Assembly: GCA_965112635.1 (NCBI GenBank) | Contig: OZ218778.1 | Location: 1,984,001-2,048,000 of the forward strand | Direction of reading: 5' to 3' | Length of the DNA: 64,000 nt | DNA from: an uncultured bacterium | GTDB taxonomy: Bacteria > Oederibacteriota > Oederibacteriia > Oederibacteriales > Oederibacteriaceae | Shown: piece by piece, positions 39,529 through 49,314 of the stretch | How positions within the stretch are numbered: position 1 is the first letter of the stretch | Layout: each line of letters starts with the position of its first letter | Notes under the pieces: model-generated | The model's input: only the letters and a program-made list of their open reading frames with translations | The model's database searches: none | What the model was told of the DNA's origin: nothing | Position numbers and translations under genes: made by a program

Positions 39529-39813
39529 ATGAAAAAGATCAATGTGCCCAGGAACATGATGGAGAAGCTGTTTCCCAAAGATCCGGTGTGGCGGATCATA
39601 AGGGTTTTGGATCATTATCCCAACGGGACATCGGGAAGGGAACTGGCTAAAGACAGCGAGCTTTCCCATCCTACTGTCCATACAGAATTAAAGCGCCTGA
39701 TGGACACCGGTCTGATTCAACAAAAGAAAAAGGGGTCATCCTATATCTATTCGATCGATCGCGGGCATGACCTGTATAAAAAAGTTTTCGCGCCTATTCT
39801 AAATTGGAAATAA
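39529..39813 (+). CDS. small winged-helix (ArsR/MarR-like) DNA-binding protein
   Basis: RIIRVL..SGRELAKDSELSHPTVHTELKRLMDTGLI..KKGSSYIYSI. Confidence 0.8.
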   Translation: MKKINVPRNMMEKLFPKDPVWRIIRVLDHYPNGTSGRELAKDSELSHPTVHTELKRLMDTGLIQQKKKGSSYIYSIDRGHDLYKKVFAPILNWK

Positions 39814-39912
39814 ATTTATCCGTTTTTTGGGAATTGTTGAGGCCATTGGAGAATGTTATAATCCCAGCATTTGAAGGGTTCTAAAAATAATTACCAACAA
39901 AGGAGAATGCCG

Positions 39913-40659
39913 GTGAAAAGATCATTACTAGGTTTTGTTTCCCTGGTTTTAATGCTGGCCGTGTCAGGTTGCGACATGGGTCCTTCTTTGATAATGAAAC
40001 CCCTGTTGGATCCGATAGACAGGTCGGCGATATCACCCCGGCTCTCCTCCCTGAAATTCACCAAAATTATGGTCATTCCAGCCGCGGGAACGGACAAGGT
40101 CGGGTATGAAAAAGATATTTTCCTGTTGGAAAAGGAGTTCATCACCGGCGGTTTGACGCCTTATGCCGCTACCGCTATCGGAGGGGCGTCCCTGGCCGCG
40201 AACGGGCAATCCGGCGCTGAGGCTGTCCTGGAGGTACTCAGTGTGGGCTGGGATGTGGAGGTCCGGACAGACGACAAAGAGGCAAAGGCCGCTCCCCTGG
40301 ACTCCGCGCTTATCCCGGAAACCAGGTTCTTTGTTTTTGACCGCACCAAGGGCAAGGAGTGTTTCCGAGAGGTATCGGAAAAAGAATACCAGGATTGTCA
40401 TGATGTAAAACAGGCCTTTCGTTCACCCAGGTACAGTTTTAAGGCCAGGCTGATCAGGGTCAGCGACGGCCAGGTCATGGCTCTTCTGGATATCCAGAGC
40501 CCGGCTAACTCCAACCTGAACAGGGAATTTAATTTAAACGGCTTTAATGACGAAGGGAATTATGTGTATACCAAAGGGGATTGGCTGAAAGCGGCTCAGC
40601 AGAAAACCCTAGAGCGGGTATTCCAGCTGGTGGCCAAAAAGGTTTCTGGCCGCAAATAA
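39913..40659 (+). CDS. putative lipoprotein
   Basis: Lipobox VSGC; ARLIRVSDGQV (CsgG-like C-terminal motif). Confidence 0.7.
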   Translation: MKRSLLGFVSLVLMLAVSGCDMGPSLIMKPLLDPIDRSAISPRLSSLKFTKIMVIPAAGTDKVGYEKDIFLLEKEFITGGLTPYAATAIGGASLAANGQSGAEAVLEVLSVGWDVEVRTDDKEAKAAPLDSALIPETRFFVFDRTKGKECFREVSEKEYQDCHDVKQAFRSPRYSFKARLIRVSDGQVMALLDIQSPANSNLNREFNLNGFNDEGNYVYTKGDWLKAAQQKTLERVFQLVAKKVSGRK

Positions 40660-40774
40660 TCAGGAAAAATGTTCCCGGAAACGTGAATGAGGGTCTTCAC
40701 ATATAAGATTTTCCCGCCTCCCCTATAATAAAAATCCTCGCACTAAAGTGCGAGGTGAAAAAGGAATATTCCGG

Positions 40775-40814
40775 GGGCACTTTTACATAAGTAACTATGG
40801 ATTGTGCCCGTCGA
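40775..40814 (+). repeat. 35-bp inverted-repeat unit, copy 2
   Basis: GGGCAC-N23-GTGCCC then GTCGA. Confidence 0.7.
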
Positions 40815-40864
40815 GTAGAGTAGAAGGGGATTCGAACTATTTGAGGTGTTAAAAGGAACAGAAT

Positions 40865-41644
40865 ATGAAATTTAAATTTGCTCTGGTAAATGGAGACAGG
40901 GCAGAAGCTCGGCCAGGGCTGCGAGGTACTTGCGCATTTTGCCAAAGTGAAATGATTGCTAAGTGTGGCCAAGTAAGAATTCGGCATTGGGCTCACAAAA
41001 GCAAGGCAGCATGCGATCATTGGTGGGAAAATGAAACAGAGTGGCACAGAAAATGGAAAAACTGTTTTCCTGCTGAATGGCAGGAAATAGTCCATAAAGA
41101 CACAGCCGGAGAAAAACATATTGCAGACATAAAAACAGATAAAGAATTCGTAATAGAATTTCAGCATTCTGCAATCAAATCTAGTGAAATGCGAAACCGT
41201 GAAGCTTTCTATAAAAATATGGCGTGGATTGTTGATGGGACATGCCTTAAGGGCGGCTACCTACGTTTTTGTAATGGAAAGAGTAGTCTCAGAAATTTAA
41301 TTAATGGCTTTTATCGTTCAACTTCCCCTGAAGCGTGTTTCCCTGCAAACTGGCTTACAAGTTCAGTACCAGTTTATTTTGACTTTCAGGCAGATAGCAG
41401 GATCGATGAGCTTTGGTGCCTATTTCCGGGACAAGTGGAAGGATATACTATAATTGCCTGTGTTTGGCAAAAACAATTTATAGAAGTCTCTTCAACAAAT
41501 CCTTATTTACTTCGACGTCAAGAGGATCTTTCTTCTATAGCGCAGTTTATTCGAGAAGAACGTGCAGCTATGACCCCAAAAGTAGATATCCTAGATCCAT
41601 ATATGCAACATACAAGACTATCAAGACGGAGGAGGCGTTTATGA
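40865..41644 (+). CDS. CoiA-like nuclease family protein
   Basis: CAFC..MIAKCG..HWAH..CDHWWENETEWH, HIADI, VIEFQHS. Confidence 0.8.
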   Translation: MKFKFALVNGDRAEARPGLRGTCAFCQSEMIAKCGQVRIRHWAHKSKAACDHWWENETEWHRKWKNCFPAEWQEIVHKDTAGEKHIADIKTDKEFVIEFQHSAIKSSEMRNREAFYKNMAWIVDGTCLKGGYLRFCNGKSSLRNLINGFYRSTSPEACFPANWLTSSVPVYFDFQADSRIDELWCLFPGQVEGYTIIACVWQKQFIEVSSTNPYLLRRQEDLSSIAQFIREERAAMTPKVDILDPYMQHTRLSRRRRRL

Positions 41645-41889
41645 AGAATATTGTTACAGCCATTATTTTGGGCATAAGCCTTATAATATGCGCTGCTATC
41701 TTAGGAAATACAAAAGACCGATATAAAATTGTTATGAACGAGGGGCAGCCTGGCGGTTTAATAACTTTAAAATATGATGCCGTGTCAGGAGACGCTTGGC
41801 GATTAGTTTTACCAGGAAATTACTGGGTTAAAATTCCGGACTCTGGCCAGGAATATATCGTGCCTAAGCTTAATGAAAAAAATAAGTAG
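41641..41889 (+). CDS. small membrane-anchored hypothetical protein
   Basis: N-terminal hydrophobic helix; ATGA overlap with upstream gene. Confidence 0.6.
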   Translation: MKNIVTAIILGISLIICAAILGNTKDRYKIVMNEGQPGGLITLKYDAVSGDAWRLVLPGNYWVKIPDSGQEYIVPKLNEKNK

Positions 41890-41952
41890 AAAGCAAAAGG
41901 CCGTTTGGCATAGTGTTAAATAACGTAATCGGAGTAATGAGAATGATATCCG

Positions 41953-42248
41953 GGGTCCCTCAATATACTTAATTATGGAAGGGACCCGTTGAGCAGCTCA
42001 GGGTACTACTTTATCAGGAACTAATGAAACTACCCGTTGAGTGACCGTTCAGGTCACTCAACCTTTCAGCCTGCTCAACCCGCCTCCCCTCGAAGATATT
42101 TTCCGCAATTTTTCCGCCTTTCTTTTGGCCAAGAACTACTCAGATTTGCTACTCCATAATCTTGAACCCTCACTTGTACATTGGCTGGGCATCACTACAT
42201 AAAGAAATTTTGTAGATGCCCGTTGAATTACCGTTCAGGTAATTCAAC
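41953..42248 (+). repeat. cluster of three 35-bp unit + GTTGA..TCAAC hairpin repeats (one nested)
   Basis: Units at 41953-41987, 42001-42035 and 42187-42221; hairpins 42036-42062 and 42222-42248; outer arms 41988-41996 / 42071-42079. Confidence 0.85.
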
Positions 42249-42276
42249 CAAGCGAGAAAGTGGCAGTTTTTACGGT

Positions 42277-42305
42277 TTGACACAAAAGGGTAGGGGGAGG
42301 AAAAT
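42277..42305 (+). promoter_or_regulatory. repeated promoter module, copy 3
   Basis: TTGACA-N17-GAAAAT. Confidence 0.65.
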
Positions 42306-42410
42306 TAACATATTGTTTTAGTGAGCGGGCGGGGTGATAAATGCCGTATGTCCAATACGACCCCGGTCTCATGCGCCGTTATAGGGCTAGCACTAAGAAC
42401 AGGAGCATAG

Positions 42411-43301
42411 GTGATCAAAGGGCTTTCCTTGGTTCTGATGACAACGGTTTTGTGGGGAGCCATTGCCGTCATTTTTGACCGTGTCGCGAAAAAAAAAGTG
42501 AACATCCACGCTTTCTACGGCTGCAGTTTGCTCTTCGGGACCCTGTGCTCCCTGTTTTTTATCCACTGGGGCGTCCTTTTCCAGGGCCAGACGGACAGAC
42601 TGGCACAGCTGGTCCTCCTGATCTCCATCAGCGGCATACTCAATACCATAGCCATGCTCCTGATGATCATGGCCATGAGGAAAGGCCACAGCTCCCTGGT
42701 CTGGACAGTCACGCAATCAGCCATCGTGGTCCAGTTCATCTATTCAACAATAATTTGGAGTGAAAGCATCAGTCTCAGCCAGGTCCTGGGACTGTCAGCC
42801 ATTTTTTTAAACTTTATCCTGGTCTCCGCTGGAAACAACGGACCTAGCGCTAAGTCCAGCAAGGGATTAAGCGGGCAACAGCTTATTATCGTCCTCACCA
42901 GCTTTATCCTCATCGGCATCTCGCAGGTCATGTTCATTACCCCCTCCCACTGGAGCCAGTGGCAAGACGCCACGGGACTAAGGGTTCCTCTACTTTATAT
43001 TGTCCCTGGGATATTTATGGCGTGGATGACCTTCCGCTCAGGCCAAAATATCAGTAAAGCCGGCATGTGGCTCGGATTATTGCTGGCCTTGTTTGGAGTG
43101 GCCGGAATGCTTATGCTATCGGCGAGCCTGGATGCCTTGGCACCGCTTAAAATTTCCAAGATCGCCTATCCCATCGCCACAGCCGGCAGCATCGTGCTGT
43201 TCGCCTTGTATTCATTTACTTATCTCAAAGAGCCTTTTGGTTTAAAAAAATGGGCGGGTATTGTCCTGGGTATTGCGGGGATAGTATTGATCAGCATTTA
43301 G
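42411..43301 (+). CDS. DMT/EamA-superfamily transporter (paralog of 9390-10280)
   Basis: Same length (296 aa); shared GHSSLVWT.TQSAIVVQF and PSHW..WQD.TG.RV. Confidence 0.8.
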   Translation: MIKGLSLVLMTTVLWGAIAVIFDRVAKKKVNIHAFYGCSLLFGTLCSLFFIHWGVLFQGQTDRLAQLVLLISISGILNTIAMLLMIMAMRKGHSSLVWTVTQSAIVVQFIYSTIIWSESISLSQVLGLSAIFLNFILVSAGNNGPSAKSSKGLSGQQLIIVLTSFILIGISQVMFITPSHWSQWQDATGLRVPLLYIVPGIFMAWMTFRSGQNISKAGMWLGLLLALFGVAGMLMLSASLDALAPLKISKIAYPIATAGSIVLFALYSFTYLKEPFGLKKWAGIVLGIAGIVLISI

Positions 43302-43323
43302 GGCAGGCCGGAAAAGGGGTCAA

Positions 43324-45229
43324 ATGGTTGAGTTAAAGAACAAAGCGCTTTATTTGGGTATTTCTGAGGACGGGACCCGCGTCATCGTCAGGGATAATGA
43401 ACGCGGCATGGAGTGGGAGTTGGATCCCTCGACCATATCCTACCGGCGTTATGCCGGTAAGGTTGACACGCTCAATGACCTCCCTGATCTGAAACGAATA
43501 CCTTTGGGACAGGGTAAAGCAGTGCGCCAGGGACAGGCGATCCGGGTGGAGTATCTACTAGCGGGCGGACAAGCAAGCTTTGTCTGGGTGCTGGGCCAGG
43601 ACCATCTGGAGGTCTCCCTCCAGGTGACAGCCCAAGACGCTGTCCTGGTTTCTTTGCCGGGTGCTTTTTACCCCAGCCAGGGCAAAAACGAGCTGCTGCT
43701 TCCGGTATCCCAGGGCATTCTCTGGCGGGGGACCAAAGAAATGCCGGAAAAGACCTATGAACAGGGCGGCCACAAAAAATGGTCCATGGCCATGGGAGCG
43801 GTGGTCGGTGACAAAGGGGCTTTGCTGGTCACCCAGGAAAGTCCGGCGGACTGGGGTGGCACGCGGGGCCAATCGGGCCGGGGCCCTTATTTCTTCTTTG
43901 AACAGATGAGATGCGAGGTCCACGGTTGGTATGAGCGCAAAGTCAGGATCTATCCGGTCGATAACAGCATCACGGCGGTCTGCAAAAAATACCGCGCCAG
44001 GGTCATAGAGCGGGGCGAATTTTTTTCCTGGAAGGAAAAGATCAGCCAGCGGCCCATGGTGAAAAACCTTTTCGGCTCGCTCCTGGCTTTTATCGGTTAC
44101 AACAAAACGGATGAGATCGATTACGCGGCTTCAGCCCGGAAACTCAAGGCATACGGCTTTGATAAGGTCTTTTATTATCCCGTCCGTTTTTGCCAGTTCA
44201 ATAAAAAAGAGTTCAAAATGGGCGGGGATACCCCCATCCACCTGGACGACGAGGTGCTCCGCTGTATCAAGGAGGTCCCGGGTTCTTTTATCGCTCCGTG
44301 GGGTGTTGCCTGTATGGCGCTCGACGACGGCGACCCCGGCGTGCAACAGCTCCTGCGGCATGATCCGCAGGGCCGTTTTGTCAAAGATTGGAAAATGGAC
44401 GACCTGCAGTTTTACCAGACCTGCCATTCCGGCGTAACCCAAGCCATGAAAAAACGCTTACAGGGCGACTTGAAAGAAATGGATTGGGTCCATTATGACG
44501 TCGAAGCCACCCACCCCGGCAGGCCCTGTTACAGCCTCAAGCACGGAGCGCACCCTGATAAACCCATGGCTGAGGGGAGACGCTCTAAAAGCCGAGGCCG
44601 AATTGCTGGGGTTCGAGACCAACGGCAACCGGGTGGTCTCCACCGAGGGATTTGTGGACCGTAATACAGGGAGCTTTGACATCGGTTCGCACAGGATGTC
44701 CCCCCAATGGGGGGATTATCCCTTTATCCCGGTTCCCCTGGTCATGCTGGTCTATCATGACTCCTGCGTGCATACCTGGTGGGAAGTGTATACCTACAAT
44801 ACCCACAATAAATTTTTTGACCTGGAAAACGACAGCTACGAGTTAGGAACGTCCAGCGCGGGAAAGCCTTGGAAAAAGGCGGCTATGGACGCGCTCTACG
44901 GCAGTCCGCCCCTTGTTTTCCCGTTTGGCAGGCAATATTCCTGGGTCAATGAGATACCGGGCGGGAATACCTACTCTTATCTGGTACGGCTGGAGGACGC
45001 TGCGGTCCAGGAAGCTCTCCAGGCGGCCTTGCCGGTGACCAAACTCCACGCCCAGGTGGGTATGCAGGAACTGGTTTCGTTTGATTTTGTGACTGAGGAC
45101 TACGCGGTCCAGACCACGGTTTTTGCGGACGGCACCCGCATCGTGGGCAATATTTCCGACCAGGACAAAATGACCCAGGATTACGGCGAAATCAAAGCCA
45201 ATACCTGGAAACAAGTTAAGTTCAAGTAA
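43324..45229 (+). pseudogene. putative glycoside hydrolase (GH129/GH101-like), frameshifted
   Basis: ORFs 43324-44664 and 44495-45229 join if one base near 44568 is removed (KPMLRGDALK); STEG, IPVPL..LVYHD, VQTTVFADGTRIVGN. Confidence 0.55.
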
Positions 45230-45346
45230 CCTGGTATAAAGGTAAGCTGGATTTTGGACAGGGCAGCGGGTCTATCACGCCGAATTTGATAGCCAGCACA
45301 GGAAAAAAGTAGTCAACAAAGTCATAGGCGAAAAAAGGAAATCGTT

Positions 45347-46213
45347 TTGAAAAAGAAAAAGGTTTTACTCAACGAGAATTATATTTTGATTTTGATTGTG
45401 GCAATACTGGTCTGTTTCTTTATGTTCAAAACCTGCCGCAAACCAGCCATCAGCACCAAGCCCATTGTCACCCCATACTATCCTGACCTGGCGGTCATGA
45501 AAGGCACGGACGGGATCAGGATCATCCGACGGAATTTGGGATGGTATGTCAGTGATGAATACAGTGACCTCTTGAAAATCGATGCTGGATTAACCGATGA
45601 TGAGGTTGAGTTTATTAAGAGCATCAAAATTGATGAACAGCAAAAACAGCAATTAATAAGGTCAGAAGAAGAAATAAAGTCCCAGCTCAGGGTCAGATAT
45701 ATTTCCAAGCCCAAAGCCGAGGGTGAATTAAAGAGCGTTCAGGGCCAGTATCAAGACATTTCCAGCCACACCATAGAGGAGGTGGAGGCCAAGCTGGGCC
45801 GGGAAAAAACAGAACTTCTTGTTGAATGGCTGAGTGAATGGGAGTTGGTGGGAGTGGTCCAGCCGCTCAGTCAAAATAGCCAGGACGCCGCCTTGCCCAT
45901 CCTGGTCCAAGAAAAAACCAGAAGATTGGCGGGGAACAGTAATTTTATCGGTGAAGAAAAATTAAAGCTGATCAAAAAAATGGTCGGGGAGCGGCTGAAC
46001 CTGTCCCTGGCTCTGCGAAGGAGGATCCATTTCTATAACGCCAGGACAGAGGGCGGCCCGTATACCCAGGAAAAGGCGGAGATGCTCAAAAAATACCTGG
46101 CTGATATCAGGAGCGTTGGTGATGAATTGAATCGGGCCCTGTCGCAGGCGGATAAGGAACAGATAAGAAAAATAGAGCCCATAAGGGCAAAAGTATTGTA
46201 TGGGATCAACTAG
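45347..46213 (+). CDS. hypothetical membrane-anchored helical protein
   Basis: 288-aa ORF with an N-terminal hydrophobic segment. Confidence 0.6.
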   Translation: MKKKKVLLNENYILILIVAILVCFFMFKTCRKPAISTKPIVTPYYPDLAVMKGTDGIRIIRRNLGWYVSDEYSDLLKIDAGLTDDEVEFIKSIKIDEQQKQQLIRSEEEIKSQLRVRYISKPKAEGELKSVQGQYQDISSHTIEEVEAKLGREKTELLVEWLSEWELVGVVQPLSQNSQDAALPILVQEKTRRLAGNSNFIGEEKLKLIKKMVGERLNLSLALRRRIHFYNARTEGGPYTQEKAEMLKKYLADIRSVGDELNRALSQADKEQIRKIEPIRAKVLYGIN

Positions 46214-46308
46214 AAGGTGTTTTTGCTTCCCATTTTTTGCAGGCTAAATATATCCTTCAATAATTTTAGTCCAGTCGAAATAGGTATAAAATTTAAAGGG
46301 AGGGGATT

Positions 46309-49218
46309 TTGACGCCTGTTGTTCCTATTGATGAGGTTATCTTGCCGGTCATCGCGGATAATTCCATCTGCTGTTACCAGAACGACGCGAAAGGCGAGAA
46401 CGAGCGCCAGTTCAACCAGGGCCGGTCGCTACTGATAAAAATGAAAGGCGTGGAAAATCTGCTGGTCCTGGCTGTTGACCCGGCAGCCATCAAAAACAAG
46501 CTCATCACCAAGGCGGTCCTGCGCATCCGGGGCACAGAGTCCAACATGATGGTCAGGAGGGTCGGTTTTTCCACGATGGCCACGGTCTGGCCGGAAGGAA
46601 ATTCGGCCGTGGACGGGCCGGGCCAGCCGGGAGATTCTTGTTTTAGGACCCCTGAGCTGGGAAGCGGAAAAACCTGGGCCGGGCCCGGCTCGGATATTTT
46701 GGACACGGTGTGGGGCTACGGCGGCACCCTCTGGACGCAGAGCGGCGTGAGCCACGACAAAGACATGTGGTTCGACCTGGAGTTTGACCCCAGGATCCTG
46801 GAGGCCTGCGGCGCCGGCCTTTCCGCGGGCATCCTGGTCAGCGACGACAACGGCCAGACCGTGATGAACAGCAAAGAAGCCGACCCGGAGGGCAACTCAG
46901 GCAATAACTGGTTCTATTCCCGGCACAGCCCTTATCCTCCTTATTTTATAGTTACGGCCACTGACGGGCCGGATATGAAACCCCAGAACATGGAAGTCAG
47001 CGTCAAACCCTGGCCAGGAGGCGCTGAGTTTGACAGCGGCGGATTGGAAATATCCTGGCCAGGCCCCCAGACCGACGAGGAATACAGGGGTATTTTGGGT
47101 TACCGGATAAAGATGTCTTTTGATGGCGGAGAAATGAAAGACCTTAGCCGCTGGATGCATCTTGCTCCGGCGCTAGCGGGAACAAGGGCCAGGGCGCTAT
47201 TAAAGTTCCAGCCGGCTGGAGCAAAGGCAAAGGTTTTGGTCGAGGTCGTCACCCGGGCAGGCCGGATTTCCCAAAGCGGCACAGGGGAGGGAGCGGTATC
47301 GGCCAAACTGTCCCTGCCTCCAAAGTTTGTCCTAAAACATCACAGCCTAGGGGCCGGGTCTCCTCTATCCAATGGCCGTTCGCTTTTGTGGGCCGTGCCC
47401 GACTGCGTCAAGGTGAATCCCATCACCGGCAATGTTTTGGAAGAGGCTGGGACGGATTATAGCGGGGCGCCAACAGGCCGATACAGGCAGGCCAATCCAG
47501 TCTGGGATGGAGAAAGGCAGGCCGTAGTTTTAGCCGGCCTTAGGGGCGAGTGGGTCGGCTTCCAGCTTATTTGTGAAAATTTGGAACAGGGAAGTACGAC
47601 CTACAAAATAGCCGCGGCAGAGTTTAAGGGTCCTAGAGGTTTAACCATCCCAGCCGATGCCGTAGGTTTGTCCCGTTTGTGGTATCTCAAGGCGGACAGT
47701 TCTGAAAAAGGGTGGTATGCCGACCCCCTGCTGGACCTTGGGGCAGGCGAGGCTTTCTGCGTGCCTGACCAGAAAAACGCCGTGCCAGGACAAAAGAACC
47801 AGGCCGTTTACGCGGAAGTTTTCATTCCCCAGGACGCCGTCCCGGGCGATTACCAAGGCCGCTTCACGGTGTCCTTGCTAGGCGCGGAGGATATCTTCGT
47901 TCCCGTCAAACTGCGCATAGGCTCAGGCATCATCTCCAAAGAAGCGCATTTTGTCTGGTCCATGATGACCTATGACTCGCCGGGCATCATGTCCGGGCCG
48001 ATCTTCATGGACAGGACATATTTTCTTCCCTCGGAAAGCTCTTATTACAGGATGTGCCACCTCCACCGCGCCACTTTGTCCCCGGTTTACTACGGCCATG
48101 ATGGAACAGCTTCGGAAGACAGCGAGCCGCCCCTCACCGGCAAAGGCAAGAACATGCGGGTCAAGGACTGGACCCGGTGGGACAAGCGCTTTGGACGGTA
48201 TTTTGACGCCAGCGCGTTCAAAGGAACGCCCCGGGAGGGCGTCGGCCTGGACCATTTTATCCTGCCCTTGTGCGAACATTATCCGACCAGCATGAACGAA
48301 GGTTACCAGTGGAACAAGGTCAAATGGGAAGACCACTGGAAAACAGCCGGTCCCATCGAACAGGGGTTCAGCCAGATATATAAGGAACAGTGGGAGGCAA
48401 TAGCCAGGGACTTTATCAAGCATATTAAAGAAAAAGGGTGGAAGACCGGTTTTCAGGTCTACCCCAACGACAAATACGACTCCAAGCTCTTTGACTACAG
48501 GAAAAAGAACGGCAAGGAGGGTGTTTGTTTCTGGAGGTTGGACGAGCCCATGCATATGGACGATTTTTTGGCGGTCAAGTTTTTTGGTGAGCTTTTACGC
48601 CAAAGCCAGCAGGGTGAAGCCAAGACCATCCTGTACAGGGTAGATTTGTCTTATCCGCAGTGGGGCCGGGATACTTTGGATCCGGTCATGGATATTGATA
48701 ATAATGGAGGCGCTGCCAAATACCGGAGATTTATGGAGGATTGGCGGGAAAGAAATGGTCAGGTCATCTGGAACTACGGCGCTCCGCCGGAAATCAACCG
48801 AAGTGCTTTTGTCCTAGTAGGCCAGGCTTTGGACCAGTATTCCAGGGGATGCGACGGGTTTGTGGAATGGCTGGTTTTGGGAGGGCCAAAGGATTGGCAA
48901 AAACCAGCAGCCACCACTGTCCTATATCCAGGAGATGAGATGGGGCATAAAGGCGCTTGCGCCTCTTTGCGGCTAAAGGCGTTTCGCCGGGGTGAACAGG
49001 ATGTGGAGTATTTGTGGCTCCTGGCCAACAAGCTGGGGCTGTCCAAAGACGACCCCAACCGGCGCAGGCTCTACAAGCTTTTGGAAAACATTGTCCATCC
49101 CCCTAAAACCCAGCCTTATGACGAGACCGGCAGCTCCTATGACGAGCTTGGCCTGGTAAAGCTGGAAGATTTAGAAGGCCTGCGTTGGACTATTGCGGAT
49201 ATTTTAGAGGAGAAATAG
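46309..49218 (+). CDS. large putative glycoside hydrolase (GH123/DUF4091-like C-terminus)
   Basis: LAGLRGEWVGFQL, EVFIPQDAVPGDYQG, LDEP, LYPG..ASLRLKAFRRGEQDVEYL. Confidence 0.6.
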   Translation: MTPVVPIDEVILPVIADNSICCYQNDAKGENERQFNQGRSLLIKMKGVENLLVLAVDPAAIKNKLITKAVLRIRGTESNMMVRRVGFSTMATVWPEGNSAVDGPGQPGDSCFRTPELGSGKTWAGPGSDILDTVWGYGGTLWTQSGVSHDKDMWFDLEFDPRILEACGAGLSAGILVSDDNGQTVMNSKEADPEGNSGNNWFYSRHSPYPPYFIVTATDGPDMKPQNMEVSVKPWPGGAEFDSGGLEISWPGPQTDEEYRGILGYRIKMSFDGGEMKDLSRWMHLAPALAGTRARALLKFQPAGAKAKVLVEVVTRAGRISQSGTGEGAVSAKLSLPPKFVLKHHSLGAGSPLSNGRSLLWAVPDCVKVNPITGNVLEEAGTDYSGAPTGRYRQANPVWDGERQAVVLAGLRGEWVGFQLICENLEQGSTTYKIAAAEFKGPRGLTIPADAVGLSRLWYLKADSSEKGWYADPLLDLGAGEAFCVPDQKNAVPGQKNQAVYAEVFIPQDAVPGDYQGRFTVSLLGAEDIFVPVKLRIGSGIISKEAHFVWSMMTYDSPGIMSGPIFMDRTYFLPSESSYYRMCHLHRATLSPVYYGHDGTASEDSEPPLTGKGKNMRVKDWTRWDKRFGRYFDASAFKGTPREGVGLDHFILPLCEHYPTSMNEGYQWNKVKWEDHWKTAGPIEQGFSQIYKEQWEAIARDFIKHIKEKGWKTGFQVYPNDKYDSKLFDYRKKNGKEGVCFWRLDEPMHMDDFLAVKFFGELLRQSQQGEAKTILYRVDLSYPQWGRDTLDPVMDIDNNGGAAKYRRFMEDWRERNGQVIWNYGAPPEINRSAFVLVGQALDQYSRGCDGFVEWLVLGGPKDWQKPAATTVLYPGDEMGHKGACASLRLKAFRRGEQDVEYLWLLANKLGLSKDDPNRRRLYKLLENIVHPPKTQPYDETGSSYDELGLVKLEDLEGLRWTIADILEEK

Positions 49219-49314
49219 GCCTTATTCTTTAGTTAAACGAATATCTTGCTTTCAACTTGAATAAAAAGTCCTGCCTGTTAAACTTAAAATATTAAAATTC
49301 CCATAAGGAGCAAT

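Noticed and set aside
32974-42248. Classical integron attC sites
   Set aside because: GTTRRRY-like boxes exist, but the complementary YYYAAC lies downstream rather than upstream and the R''-L''-L'-R' geometry is absent; no intI seen.
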